Source: a virus. Taken from it: a stretch of DNA of 64,000 nucleotides. Below are positions 36,768-47,304 of this stretch, piece after piece; position 1 is the stretch's first letter; each line of letters opens with the position of its first letter. A program made the position numbers and the translations under genes. The notes under the pieces were generated by a model. It saw only the letters and a program-made list of their open reading frames with translations, did not search any database and was not told the origin of the DNA. The DNA is taken from positions 1-64,000 of the IMG/VR virus record IMGVR_UViG_3300026519_000239; one strand, 5' to 3'.

Positions 36768-38930
36768 TCATACGGCACTCTTATTGGCTCCTTTAGATTT
36801 GATTGATTTGAAAATGGTAGATACAAGTTCCTTGTCACTTAGTGGACTTGGTAACTTGCTGTTAAGTTCTCGTACAGTAGCCTCAATATCTGCTACTGAC
36901 ATATTGCTATCATTCAACACAGCCGCGTATCTGAATAGTGTGTTGTTTCTTGGCGCTCCCTTGATGATCTGACGTAAGAACCAATGCTCTAACCGTGTTG
37001 AGGCTTTCAGTGTCTTACGTTCATGTTCAAGGTTGGCTGCTGCTTCACTATCCGGAATAAACTCCAAGATATTGAATAGTTCAGTTCCTTTGTTGAGCTT
37101 GATATTCGAGTCATGTCCAAGCCACTTTCTTGATCTTTGGTTTGTAGCCCTATCAACTTGAAATGGAATGAAGTCATAAATCTTCTTCATCATCTCAGCG
37201 TAGGCTTCAGCATCCAGCTTCATGAAGTGGCTTGTAACTAATACAATTCTGTATCTTTCGTGGTTTGGTTTGCTGCTTTTGGTTTCATAGCTAATGAACA
37301 TGTATTGCCCAAGCAGTTCTTCAGCTACCTTACGTGGTACATATGGTCCAGTAGAATCATTATCAATATCCAGTACTATGAAGTTGAATCCTGGAATACA
37401 CGCTTTCTCAGAACGGCTCTCTTCACTGAGGTGATGCGTAATCCAATGTAACCCTTGGGTAACTATTCGCTTTCCTATGGCTTTGAGTGATCCACGAATG
37501 TTCTTATAGCCGTAGGTATGGTGATTACTTATAGCTAAATGGAGGTTGTCCATATTTGTTTCAGTGATCTCTTCGGCTGAGTACACCACAATTCCATTTG
37601 GTTTCTTATGCTGACGTAGAATGATGTTGTTTGATAGTCCCCACTCAGTAGCCAATTCTATGGTTTCCTTACGTACAGCCTCAGATCCTTTGAACCAAGG
37701 CAACGCAGACATAAGTTGAGCCATGGTCACTGGGTGAGATAGCTTGGCTAAGTAAGTAGCGATTAGTTCATGAGGCTGGGTTGAAGTATCTACATGTTGA
37801 ACATGAGGAGTAGCTTCTTCAAGTAGTTTGATGATGCTATCAACATGCTCACGCTCCATAGTACCTACGCCGTCATAAGCAGCAAGTACAGCAGCTCCTT
37901 TTACGATCCTCATGAGTCTATGTTGCATTTCTGTTTTGCGGTACTCAGAAGGCATATGAGCAGCTCTTTGAGCACATAGAGCGTCGTATTCAAAGATGTA
38001 CTTCATTAAGTCATCTTCTATATAGATTGTTTTGCCGATATTTTGTGGATTAGTCATCGACTTCACATGCTTTGTCATGCTTTCCAGAGTAGCTGGATCT
38101 CCTGTGTCATAGAGAGCCTTCACACGTTCCTCAGGCGTCGTAGAAGGCCTATTAGCTTCTGCGTTGTACACAATATGTGCCCTACGCCCAAGACCTGCTG
38201 TAAGCGTATGCATGAAGCTAGAATGCGTATCTGGGTTTTGGAGGTGAGCACCAGTACCAAATAGTAGAAGGTTTACTGGCACTGGCTTGGATTGTGTGTT
38301 TACTCGTTCATTATCCTTTGTGTTCTTGATTAGCTTATCCTTCATATTGCCCTGATCATAGGCAATGATCAGTCTTTGTAAGAACTGCCCATCAGCCCCA
38401 TTGACGCTGAATACTTCATCAATTGTTACGTTGATAGAGCCATACCCTGTCATTGCACAAGCCATCTGGGCCTGTCTGATGCCTGTAGGAGTGGCTTCAT
38501 CAGTAAACAGGGGTGGAATACCTAAAGAAGTTACTTCTTTTCTAGCTTTAGCTAAGGCTTCATCTTGAGGTGTTCCTTCTTTTTGCATAGCATTAGATCT
38601 GGCCTCTATCACATCTTCTGCGAAAGCTCTGAAGGTATTGGTATAGTTATTCTTCAAATCTTTCAGGATAGTGTCCTCCATTTCAGAAGTCATAATTCCT
38701 TTTCCTGAACCAGAAGGACTCAGGCAGACAGCAAACATATTGACTGGAAACTTATGGTTCCCAGGCATACATACTTTCGTATTCACTACTGATGCTGCTA
38801 CTGCTAGATAGAAATAGGTGACTGTTCTGGCAAACAGCTCATCTTGTGAGTTGGCTTTCTTTAATAGATGTTGAACCAGTACCTCTGTTGGTTCATGGTA
38901 TTTTAGCTTGTTAGCTGCGAATTCAGGCAT
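36768..38930 (-). CDS. DNA primase (N4 gp43-like)
   Basis: N-terminal P-loop SPSGSGKG; C-terminal AEP-type LDID / YETKS / RYRIV motifs; PriCT-like RNNTLFRYA. Confidence 0.85.
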   Translation of the reverse strand: MPEFAANKLKYHEPTEVLVQHLLKKANSQDELFARTVTYFYLAVAASVVNTKVCMPGNHKFPVNMFAVCLSPSGSGKGIMTSEMEDTILKDLKNNYTNTFRAFAEDVIEARSNAMQKEGTPQDEALAKARKEVTSLGIPPLFTDEATPTGIRQAQMACAMTGYGSINVTIDEVFSVNGADGQFLQRLIIAYDQGNMKDKLIKNTKDNERVNTQSKPVPVNLLLFGTGAHLQNPDTHSSFMHTLTAGLGRRAHIVYNAEANRPSTTPEERVKALYDTGDPATLESMTKHVKSMTNPQNIGKTIYIEDDLMKYIFEYDALCAQRAAHMPSEYRKTEMQHRLMRIVKGAAVLAAYDGVGTMEREHVDSIIKLLEEATPHVQHVDTSTQPHELIATYLAKLSHPVTMAQLMSALPWFKGSEAVRKETIELATEWGLSNNIILRQHKKPNGIVVYSAEEITETNMDNLHLAISNHHTYGYKNIRGSLKAIGKRIVTQGLHWITHHLSEESRSEKACIPGFNFIVLDIDNDSTGPYVPRKVAEELLGQYMFISYETKSSKPNHERYRIVLVTSHFMKLDAEAYAEMMKKIYDFIPFQVDRATNQRSRKWLGHDSNIKLNKGTELFNILEFIPDSEAAANLEHERKTLKASTRLEHWFLRQIIKGAPRNNTLFRYAAVLNDSNMSVADIEATVRELNSKLPSPLSDKELVSTIFKSIKSKGANKSAV

Positions 38931-39384
38931 TTGGTAATGCTCCTTTCTTGAAGATGTACAGATCGGCGTGCCCATGTTTAAGTGGGCTGCCTATTTTGCT
39001 TGAGATTGTGAAATGGATATCAGTCAGGTACTTGTAGTTGTCATCTTCCAAGTACCCCTCGTTAACCAAAATATCTAAAACAAACTTAGCTATCATTGTG
39101 CACATGTTATGCACGTCTGAGCGTCTATTGTTGGGCCTGTGATACACCACAAGACAGGTCACTACTCCTGTATATGGCTTATCTGGCTTAGGAGGCAGGT
39201 TGACACTGTACTTGTATTTTTGTTTCAGTGTGTTCTGAGTGAATCTGTTGTTGTAATTAGTAAAACCATTCAGATGGATTGGGTATAGTTTCCCTTTCTT
39301 AGACTTGCGAATCCAAATAGGTAGGTGTTTGATTTTATATAGTAGATTCTCTTTACAGTACACAAGATCATAAACACTACTCAC
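38923..39384 (-). CDS. RusA-like Holliday junction resolvase
   Basis: RRSDVHN...KFVLDILV..GYLEDDN motif. Confidence 0.75.
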   Translation of the reverse strand: MSSVYDLVYCKENLLYKIKHLPIWIRKSKKGKLYPIHLNGFTNYNNRFTQNTLKQKYKYSVNLPPKPDKPYTGVVTCLVVYHRPNNRRSDVHNMCTMIAKFVLDILVNEGYLEDDNYKYLTDIHFTISSKIGSPLKHGHADLYIFKKGALPNA

Positions 39385-40250
39385 TTCCAGAATGGCTCCA
39401 GATGTTCTTTGATATGCGGATTAAATAAATCAACTTGTATCCGCTTATTCTTGATGACTAGCTGATGAGTACTAGCCATTCTCATTGTCCAGATAGCATG
39501 ATCCATAGTAAGTCCCTTGGATTTGAATGCAGCTACTACTCCATCCCAGTTTTCCTTTGGGGTGTTATTTACATTGACCCAATCGCCTACTTTTGCAGGG
39601 CCAATGCCTGGTACTCCTCCAAATCCATCAACAGGATCTCCTGTAATGCATTGTTCAAAGTGGAAGTAGTTAGCAAACTCCTTGGTTTGCTGAGTCCACT
39701 CTTTCCTCTTGTCATATCTGAAGTTACGTACTGGATTTGCTTTGTACACATCCTTATCGTTGGATGCGATAATGCAAGGCTTACCTTCTTTGTGAGCCGT
39801 CTTGGTGAGTAGCTGGATGACATCATCGGCTTCGTATTTGTCATGGTAGAAGGAATAGCTATACCGTGAGAATGAAGCGTATAGCGGGATATACATCCTT
39901 GGTACAGGTCTGCTCTTCCTGTTGGATTTATACCCACCAGTATCAATAGGGAGAGGCAAGCATTGTCTGAATTGGCTTGAAAGTTCGTATCCGAGTCTCT
40001 GGATAGCTACTCGTTTATTCTTTTCCCCTAGAGTGAAGTGCAGTTGTAGGTTATTTGAACCAAGCTCATCCATGAGCCTTTCGATAGCTGTATCTACTGT
40101 TTTATCAATGATTGCAGGGTAGTCTTCGGCATCCATACAATCCTCATTCTCAGCAAAAGCTTCTATCTGATCCAAATACCAAGATAGCTGATATACGAGT
40201 GAATCAGCATCTACCAAGACTATTGGATTTTGTATGGATACCTTTGACAT
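39381..40250 (-). CDS. 5'-3' exonuclease / flap endonuclease (T7 gp6 / T5 D15-like)
   Basis: VDADS, YKSNR, EADD, DKD and GDPVDGFGGVPGIGP (H3TH) motifs. Confidence 0.88.
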   Translation of the reverse strand: MSKVSIQNPIVLVDADSLVYQLSWYLDQIEAFAENEDCMDAEDYPAIIDKTVDTAIERLMDELGSNNLQLHFTLGEKNKRVAIQRLGYELSSQFRQCLPLPIDTGGYKSNRKSRPVPRMYIPLYASFSRYSYSFYHDKYEADDVIQLLTKTAHKEGKPCIIASNDKDVYKANPVRNFRYDKRKEWTQQTKEFANYFHFEQCITGDPVDGFGGVPGIGPAKVGDWVNVNNTPKENWDGVVAAFKSKGLTMDHAIWTMRMASTHQLVIKNKRIQVDLFNPHIKEHLEPFWK

Positions 40251-40298
40251 TATGTGGCTCTCCTCGGGCTACTTGATTACAAGAGTGGTTATATGATG

Positions 40299-41858
40299 CT
40301 ACTGCTGGAACGTGACTGTGACATTCCTATTGAGTTCAGGATCATCAAGAGACAACTGCTCTCTTTCACCTACCGACACAAGAATCAGTCGATTCCTGTC
40401 AATGCCAAATGAAATCAACGCATCTGCCATTGCTTGTGCTCTGCGTTGTCCTAAGGCATCGTTGTATTCCTCACTACCTTCTTCTGAGCACATGCCAGTG
40501 ATAACAATATTCTTGTTACTGTTCATTATCATAGGTAGGTAGTGTTTGATGGCTTCGTAATCCGCAGAGTCAAGTTCTGCATTGTCATAGTTGAATAGAA
40601 CCAGTAGATGCAGCCCAGGAGTGAATTGCTCAGGCGTTGGTACTGGTTCCTCCACTTTTGCTTGAAACTGCACAGGCATAGTGGGAGGAGTATCCAGCAC
40701 TATTTCTTTGGAGCTGTTGCGTACGTATTTGAAGTCGTAGGATAGGATTTGGAAATCCTGAGCAAGGTATGTGTACCGCACAGGACCAATCCCTGCTGAG
40801 TAGCCAATTCCTTTGGCTCCATCAATTACAAAATCTTCTCTTGATGTATCTACAAGTTGAGCATTGAATCCAGCAAATACACCTTTGATGTTATATCCCA
40901 GAACCAACCCAATGGCTTGGTAGCCAATATTGTCATGGCCATTAATAGCAGCATCCATCAATGGTTTGTATGCTCTGATTTCGACACTAAAGTTGCTTTC
41001 AGATAAACCAATACCGGCTCCTATCATTGGAACGATAGAGTCTTCCCCTGAGCCAGTTATATTGTTGATAGGAGCCAGCCTAGCTGCCCCTACAGAGCCA
41101 GTAACGAAGATGTCTGCCGCCCTAGTACTTTTCAATGGAATCAGAGCAGCCAGGGCTAATAGAAACAGTACAGATGGACTACCCCCTCCAAACTGATTGA
41201 CCCCGTACTCAGGAGTTACTTCAATTGGCTTAGGAGTTGTTGGATTGGGCGTAGGTACATTTGGTTCTCCTGGCTCTCCTGTAGGTGATTTCTCACAGAT
41301 AACAGGAATACTTGTGTCTTTCGTTAAGCCAATGACAAGTGGGATAGTACTCTCTCCAATATTGGAGTCTGATAGCGTAGAAGCAATTAGTAGTCCTCCC
41401 GCCCCATTATCTTGAATTGTCAGATCAAATGGTGTCCATGTGTTGTACTGGATTGTGTTTGTATCGATTGTGAATGTCTGAGGAGGGACGGACGCATCGT
41501 TACTTTGATAAGTAAGCTTCAGCACTTCCCCCTCTAAATATGATGCAGAAGGTTCCCAATGCCATGCGGCCTTGGTTTCATCACTTACTGGGTTATTAGC
41601 CCAGATACGTATCTTCTTATTGGTACCTTCAGGGCATGCCTGTACTGGTTTTGTTACTACTATCTTGTCAGTTAGCGGAGTGTTGCAAATAGTGAATGCA
41701 GGGATGTCTGTGCTGGCTTCTATATACACTGGAATGTCGTAATCTACTGTATCATTCAGATCACCTACATGCTCCCAACAGGTATTTTCAGTACCAGTGA
41801 GTGCGTATGCGCTGGGTACTAGCAGAGTAGCTGCCGTGAGTGTTAACAAGTGCTTCAT
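40299..41858 (-). CDS. OmpA-family outer-membrane protein with an N-terminal passenger and internal GlyGly-CTERM-like segment
   Basis: Signal peptide; Pro-rich linker; GGGS plus hydrophobic helix; beta-barrel-like alternation; C-terminal F.YDNAEL...ITG...EGSEEYNDALGQRRA...NRNV OmpA-like domain. Confidence 0.85.
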   Translation of the reverse strand: MKHLLTLTAATLLVPSAYALTGTENTCWEHVGDLNDTVDYDIPVYIEASTDIPAFTICNTPLTDKIVVTKPVQACPEGTNKKIRIWANNPVSDETKAAWHWEPSASYLEGEVLKLTYQSNDASVPPQTFTIDTNTIQYNTWTPFDLTIQDNGAGGLLIASTLSDSNIGESTIPLVIGLTKDTSIPVICEKSPTGEPGEPNVPTPNPTTPKPIEVTPEYGVNQFGGGSPSVLFLLALAALIPLKSTRAADIFVTGSVGAARLAPINNITGSGEDSIVPMIGAGIGLSESNFSVEIRAYKPLMDAAINGHDNIGYQAIGLVLGYNIKGVFAGFNAQLVDTSREDFVIDGAKGIGYSAGIGPVRYTYLAQDFQILSYDFKYVRNSSKEIVLDTPPTMPVQFQAKVEEPVPTPEQFTPGLHLLVLFNYDNAELDSADYEAIKHYLPMIMNSNKNIVITGMCSEEGSEEYNDALGQRRAQAMADALISFGIDRNRLILVSVGEREQLSLDDPELNRNVTVTFQQ

Positions 41859-41862
41859 AAGT

Positions 41863-42486
41863 TCATACCTCTCTTAGTATTAGATTGAAGGTTTTTAGTA
41901 ATCTGTCCTGCCACCCAAAATCTTTACCTCTGAATTGGGTGTAGTCCATTATGTTATGTCGGATATGGTTATGTGCCAGATGAGTTAGTAAAGTTTGGTT
42001 TAATTCCAAGAACTCACTCAAGTTATCTTCTGTTATTCCACCTCTCCCTAGAAGCTCCATACGAACTGGATCTCCAAGAACTTCCTGTAACGTTGTAGAA
42101 GCCATAGGGACAATAAGATGCACAGCTCTTTGAGAGTTGTCTCGTGCGGCAAGTTCTAGCTCACGCTTAACTCCTGCCTGCGCAAGATCTGATGGTTTGT
42201 TACCTAGAGTTTCCCAAAACGCCAATGTTGTAGCTGCATAGTCCAGCCCACTACGATCAACGATAAGTACCTGATCATTACGCACTGGTCTATTAATAAT
42301 GTTTCTCATCTCATCTATGGCATACATATATCGTTCATGCTGTGATTCCATAGATAGGGAAGCTATTCGTGGTACCAATTTACGTATAACGATTTTAGTA
42401 GTGCCTGAGTAGTACTCTTTGAATTTCCGTGCAAAGGAAGACTTACCTGTTGCAGGAACTCCAGATAGGAATATTGTGTCAATCAT
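41863..42486 (-). CDS. P-loop nucleotide kinase-like protein
   Basis: LSGVPATGKSS Walker A and IVDRS.LD motif of NMP/dNMP kinase-type proteins. Confidence 0.7.
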   Translation of the reverse strand: MIDTIFLSGVPATGKSSFARKFKEYYSGTTKIVIRKLVPRIASLSMESQHERYMYAIDEMRNIINRPVRNDQVLIVDRSGLDYAATTLAFWETLGNKPSDLAQAGVKRELELAARDNSQRAVHLIVPMASTTLQEVLGDPVRMELLGRGGITEDNLSEFLELNQTLLTHLAHNHIRHNIMDYTQFRGKDFGWQDRLLKTFNLILREV

Positions 42487-45130
42487 CGTCTATTGTTTGT
42501 GGTGTTGCCCATGTTGGATACACCTCAAATTCGCCTCCAAGTTTGATTGTGGAATGTTTGAGTTCAGGCAAACCAGCCCAACTCATTACATCAGGGACAT
42601 GCTTATTAAGCCAAGACAGCACTGATTTATCTGAGACGCTGAAGAAATAATTGGCGTCATGGATAAATGCCGAAGGGTGAATATCATAACGATACTTACT
42701 AGTCCATACACGGTTGAATAGAGCTATAGCTGCTCGTTGGTTCAATTGGCCGTATGACTGGCCTATTGCATTGATAACAGTTCTTGCAACCTTGGCAGCA
42801 TTGCTCTTGAGATTATCTACATCAGTACCTTGTAACGCTGGTGTATCTACTCTCAAACCAAAAGCCAATACAACATACCCATGTTTTGATCCATGGCTGA
42901 GTACCTTCTTACCGTACTCTTTGTACACTCTGTAGGTGTCGTTGAATGCAGCTTCAAGTTCTTTGGCTTCATCTTCTTGAAAGCCAGAGTTATTCATCAG
43001 TGTGATGTAAGTACCTTCATAGAACAGTGCGAAGGTAACTGACTTGGAAGCCCCTCTTAGCTTGCTGTAGTCATCTTGGATTGAGTTGATTAGTTCCACT
43101 TTGTTTTCTGGATTGGCTTCAATCTTCTTAGCCAATTCAGTCAGCTTATTGTGCTTCCAGTAGTGGAACGTATTGAAGCTATGAGAATCATACCCATCAG
43201 TATAGATAGCCAATAGGTTTGGGTCTCTGGTTCTTAAAGCTAGAGTTACTGCTTCGAGTGCATTGAAGTCTGCTCCTGAGAACATCTTGTCAGGAACTGT
43301 AGAACCAAAGCATTCCTTGATTGCTTTACCCCACTTAGAACCAGATGGGATGTTCTGTAGGTTAGGTTGGCTTGAGGATAGTCTTCCAGATGGGATAGTT
43401 CCTTGCCTAAAGTTACCAAATAACATCCACTGTCCATCTACCTTGTATGAGTATTTGAGAAACGCTGAGATGAACGTACTGAGTATCTTTGTGATGCTTT
43501 GATGCTCTAGTACCTTGTGGATGAATTGAGCAGCTTCAGAGTCCTCTGAGAGTCGATTGAGATGCTTTTTCATTGTCTTCTCACCAATAGCTGGTTGCCC
43601 GGTCTTGGTGGTGTCAACAACATCCAACCCAAAGTGAACATGGAGAATCCAAATGATGGCTCTATCTGAACCAGTAGAGAAATCAAACAGCCCTTGTGGT
43701 TCTTTCCATGCAATGAAGTTTTCCAGTGTTCTACCTTTACCTTTGATACTGGCTTGGTACGCTTTATGTTCACGTACTTTCAACTCTTCAATCCAAAGCT
43801 GCACACATTCCATATCGCATAGGTCTCTGTACAGTGGTTCCACTGCATTTTCCATGCGCTGTTTCAGAGCTAGTACCTTGTCTCTATTGATAGGCATCCC
43901 TGTCAACTCTGCTTGGATTGCTACTCTGGAGAACGGCATCATTAGCTGGTTATAGATTCTGTCTTGCTTCCTTACTCGTACCTTAGGCAGCAACTTTTCG
44001 TATTGATAGTAGGTACAGCAAGTGTCAATTGCGTTGTACTCCAGTAGCTCTGCAAGTGGCTGTGTTGTGATGTCTTCAACATCTAATCCATAGTTACCAG
44101 CAAATTCTACTGACAGCTCCTTGAGGCTTAGAGAACGTTTAGGGATAGCGTTGTAAGCTAGATAAGCCAAGTTCATGGTACATTGGGCATTGGTACACAT
44201 GATCTCTGTGCCGTCTACTTTGGCTTTGTTATTACTCAGCCTATTCTCCATGAACAAGTTGAATACTAGTTGCTTAACGTCATACTGAATGCCGTGATAC
44301 AGCCATGTGATCTTGCCTTGGTTCGCTGTGAAGAAGTCTCTCAGCAGCGTTCTTACTGGGAGGTTACGTCTGATACGCTTTGAGACTGTTAGTGGCTTAC
44401 AATGAAGCAGGGAGGATTTATCAGCCAGTTCAAATGGAACTCCATTGAACAAGTCTCTTCCTCTGAGGATGTCTTCTGTGCCGTCTTGGTATACAACTTC
44501 GTACTCACTTTCAGCATCTACTGCAAATGCTATTGCTGAGTGTGCATCCCATGAGAATGAGATGGTGCCGATACCTGCTTGTCCCAGTGTTAAGCCAAAA
44601 GCCTCAATGTCTACAGCAAGCGTATCGTGCTGTGAGAGGCTCTCTAAGGCTTTTTTGATTGCTTCATACCCTACTGGGTAGCTCACATCTTTCAGTACGG
44701 CCTTATCAAGGCTCTGACCCAAATACGCACTAGCAATAGCACTGATACTCAGGTTGTGTTCCTTGAGTAGTGCTGGATTGTGCTGCATGGCTCCAAAGTG
44801 GATGCCTTTGAATACTACTTGATTTCCGTATTGGGAGGCTAAAGGAACCCCAGCAAGTGCAGTTATTTTGGTGACTTTAGCGAATCTCTTGAAGTAATCA
44901 GATGAGCAGATAAGTAAGTGAGTAATGCCGTCTCTGTCTAACTGCTCTTGAAGTTCAGGGATGAACTCATTCATGATAGCAGCCGTAGCTTTACCTTTCT
45001 CATTGTGCTCTAAACCATAAAGCTTAACTTCTTCAGTAGTAACGCCAGCATTTTTAAGAGGCTCTATATAAGCTTCGAGTAGCTTTGTTCTCCAAGTTAC
45101 TGCTTTTTGAGCTATCAGTATTCCAATCAT
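42479..45130 (-). CDS. DNA polymerase, family A (N4 gp39-like)
   Basis: Exonuclease motifs DIEAFGL and YNAID; GRLSSSQPNLQNIP; motif A ADFNALE; motif B R.ASKSVTFALFY; motif C IHDA. Confidence 0.95.
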   Translation of the reverse strand: MIGILIAQKAVTWRTKLLEAYIEPLKNAGVTTEEVKLYGLEHNEKGKATAAIMNEFIPELQEQLDRDGITHLLICSSDYFKRFAKVTKITALAGVPLASQYGNQVVFKGIHFGAMQHNPALLKEHNLSISAIASAYLGQSLDKAVLKDVSYPVGYEAIKKALESLSQHDTLAVDIEAFGLTLGQAGIGTISFSWDAHSAIAFAVDAESEYEVVYQDGTEDILRGRDLFNGVPFELADKSSLLHCKPLTVSKRIRRNLPVRTLLRDFFTANQGKITWLYHGIQYDVKQLVFNLFMENRLSNNKAKVDGTEIMCTNAQCTMNLAYLAYNAIPKRSLSLKELSVEFAGNYGLDVEDITTQPLAELLEYNAIDTCCTYYQYEKLLPKVRVRKQDRIYNQLMMPFSRVAIQAELTGMPINRDKVLALKQRMENAVEPLYRDLCDMECVQLWIEELKVREHKAYQASIKGKGRTLENFIAWKEPQGLFDFSTGSDRAIIWILHVHFGLDVVDTTKTGQPAIGEKTMKKHLNRLSEDSEAAQFIHKVLEHQSITKILSTFISAFLKYSYKVDGQWMLFGNFRQGTIPSGRLSSSQPNLQNIPSGSKWGKAIKECFGSTVPDKMFSGADFNALEAVTLALRTRDPNLLAIYTDGYDSHSFNTFHYWKHNKLTELAKKIEANPENKVELINSIQDDYSKLRGASKSVTFALFYEGTYITLMNNSGFQEDEAKELEAAFNDTYRVYKEYGKKVLSHGSKHGYVVLAFGLRVDTPALQGTDVDNLKSNAAKVARTVINAIGQSYGQLNQRAAIALFNRVWTSKYRYDIHPSAFIHDANYFFSVSDKSVLSWLNKHVPDVMSWAGLPELKHSTIKLGGEFEVYPTWATPQTIDDD

Positions 45131-45525
45131 ATTTTGATTTCTCCACGATTTACAGCAGCTTGCATGAGTATATTTAACTGATCAGTTGAGCTACTGTTAT
45201 TCAACAAATGAAAAAGAGTTGTAAATGATTCATGTGTTTCGTTATCAATTGGTGGTGGATAGATTATCCATATTCGTTTATTTTGAGTATCAAATCGGGA
45301 GTGAGCGTATATTTTTATAAATTCTTGTTTTGTTGTTACGTGAAAAGTTCCTGGCGGAATTACAGTAGGGCTGGTTTCATAAACAAGAAAGTCTTTTGGA
45401 ACCTTGTGTATAAGCCATAGAAGTGCTTTAACTATTAGATCATTGCGTTCTTCTTTTAAGCTTGATTTTATAATCCAATACTTGCAGTTCCCTTTTCCAT
45501 AATGCATTGATACCAATTCGTACAT
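45127..45525 (-). CDS. Hypothetical protein
   Basis: 132-aa AT-rich ORF with a GGAG RBS; its stop overlaps the polymerase start. Confidence 0.65.
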   Translation of the reverse strand: MYELVSMHYGKGNCKYWIIKSSLKEERNDLIVKALLWLIHKVPKDFLVYETSPTVIPPGTFHVTTKQEFIKIYAHSRFDTQNKRIWIIYPPPIDNETHESFTTLFHLLNNSSSTDQLNILMQAAVNRGEIKI

Positions 45526-45606
45526 TTGTTCATCTCCTGCTTGGATTATAAATACGCAGTGTACTTAGTTGAGTTATTGTTATCTGTGTTGCATACCGAA
45601 GTAGGT

Positions 45607-46014
45607 TTACACATTTTCCAACTCCTTTTTATAAGCTATCCCTACTAGTACAGAAAGAGTTGCTTCATTTTCTGATTGGCTTACCATCTTCGGCAGTAAA
45701 TGTAATATTTTCCTTGCAGTATCGTAGGCTTTACCAAAATCTGTATCATTCATAGCTATTTCTTTCAAATCATGCACACTCCTATAAATGGTTCTTCTTT
45801 CATTTGGATTATTAGGAACTAGAGCTACTTCCATGTAGCTAGGAGAATATAATTTTGCAGTTATACGTAATTTGTTTGCAGTGGTGTCTATTTCTATATG
45901 CACATAATTAGTGTAATCGTATATGTAATCTTTGTAAGCCATGTGTAACAAGAAAAACAGTGGATCTATTGAGTTCGTATCAATAGATACTTCAACAATC
46001 TTTGTATTTTTCAT
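45607..46014 (-). CDS. Hypothetical protein
   Basis: 135-aa AT-rich ORF in the operon. Confidence 0.6.
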   Translation of the reverse strand: MKNTKIVEVSIDTNSIDPLFFLLHMAYKDYIYDYTNYVHIEIDTTANKLRITAKLYSPSYMEVALVPNNPNERRTIYRSVHDLKEIAMNDTDFGKAYDTARKILHLLPKMVSQSENEATLSVLVGIAYKKELENV

Positions 46015-46029
46015 GGACTTGATTCTCTG

Positions 46030-47304
46030 TTAAATGAGTATTGTGATTCCGTGCTTGTGGCGCGTGAAACCAACTAACATCATCCGTTTCAGTACTTCTG
46101 TTTGAGGACAACCACGGATGTCTCGTAAATCCAAAAATGTATAATCCACTGATAGCCCCATACTAGAATGAGTGGTTCTGAATTCGTATGGGACTATTGT
46201 GACATTAATAGAGCCTAAAGCCAGTGGTTGCCTTTTTTGTGTTATTCCGGGGATGTAGCAGTTAATTCTGCAATTGTTCTGGTTCCGTAATGTCTTACAC
46301 ATAGAAGACACTGAATCTGTCAGCTCTCTTACTGAGTTACCTGTCTTGGTTTTGATGTTGCTGCATAGCGTTTTGATAGCACCTAAATTTCTTTGTTGAG
46401 TAGGACTCATCTGGTCGAAATTAGATATATACTTTGTTTTTGCATCAAGTACTCTCCCCTTGTGTGCTTCAGATACCCACCTTACGCTTGTATCTTTATT
46501 AGCTTGTGTGAATAGATACTCTAATCGTTTAATTCTCCATGCTTGTACTGACATGGAGTACTTGGACTTAGCGCAGCGATTTATCTGCTCAATGAATTTG
46601 GATTCATCAGTCAAGTATCTAACTGATTTGTTATTTGGTAGATCATTAATATCTCGCTTACCGCTAAACCAATCCAAAGTATGTAGAAATACTTCACGTA
46701 CATTATCGTTAGCTGGTCTAAATAATGTACTTAGGTGAAGCTCTTTAAACCCTTTTGTGTACGCTGCTCCAGCACCATCTTCGTTGAAACTGAGTTGGTT
46801 TGGATCTCCAAAGAATATAAATCTGGTTTCTGGATAGTACTCATCTATAAGTGCAAAGAAGTCTTCTGATATATAGTTCGCTTCATCTATCAGTACTATC
46901 GCTGATTTACTGTTTGCCACTCTGGTTGGTATTCTTGCTTCATAGATAGTAGATCTTTTATATCTGAGCTTGCCGCTATATGTCACTGTGAAGTTAAGTA
47001 AGCTGAATACAGTACACTTCTCGTGATTGATTTCTTCTTCGTCATATACATCTGACATGCTATTTATTGTGTACGTGTAGAAGATATCATTGTTGTGTAG
47101 TAGTGGTGTTTTTACTCCAAATGGATCATCTGATGTCATTGCACGATTACGTTCAATTTTTATAAGCGTATCCATATAGTCCTGTAGCTGTTTAATAAGT
47201 CGAGTTTTTCCAGCCCCTGGACCACCTGTGACTACTAAGCCACGTTCATCTTCCTTATTCATAATCCAGTCATATATTTCAATAACCATTTCATTATGGT
47301 TCAT
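46030..47304 (-). CDS. SF1B (Dda/RecD-like) DNA helicase (N4 gp37-like)
   Basis: GGPGAGKT, LIDEA, FGDPNQL, TTHSSMG.S.D and GFTR motifs. Confidence 0.85.
   Translation of the reverse strand: MNHNEMVIEIYDWIMNKEDERGLVVTGGPGAGKTRLIKQLQDYMDTLIKIERNRAMTSDDPFGVKTPLLHNNDIFYTYTINSMSDVYDEEEINHEKCTVFSLLNFTVTYSGKLRYKRSTIYEARIPTRVANSKSAIVLIDEANYISEDFFALIDEYYPETRFIFFGDPNQLSFNEDGAGAAYTKGFKELHLSTLFRPANDNVREVFLHTLDWFSGKRDINDLPNNKSVRYLTDESKFIEQINRCAKSKYSMSVQAWRIKRLEYLFTQANKDTSVRWVSEAHKGRVLDAKTKYISNFDQMSPTQQRNLGAIKTLCSNIKTKTGNSVRELTDSVSSMCKTLRNQNNCRINCYIPGITQKRQPLALGSINVTIVPYEFRTTHSSMGLSVDYTFLDLRDIRGCPQTEVLKRMMLVGFTRHKHGITILI

Noticed and set aside
36566-36838. 90-aa ORF between primase and the AAA ATPase
   Set aside because: It overlaps both neighbours extensively and has no recognisable motif; probably a shadow ORF.
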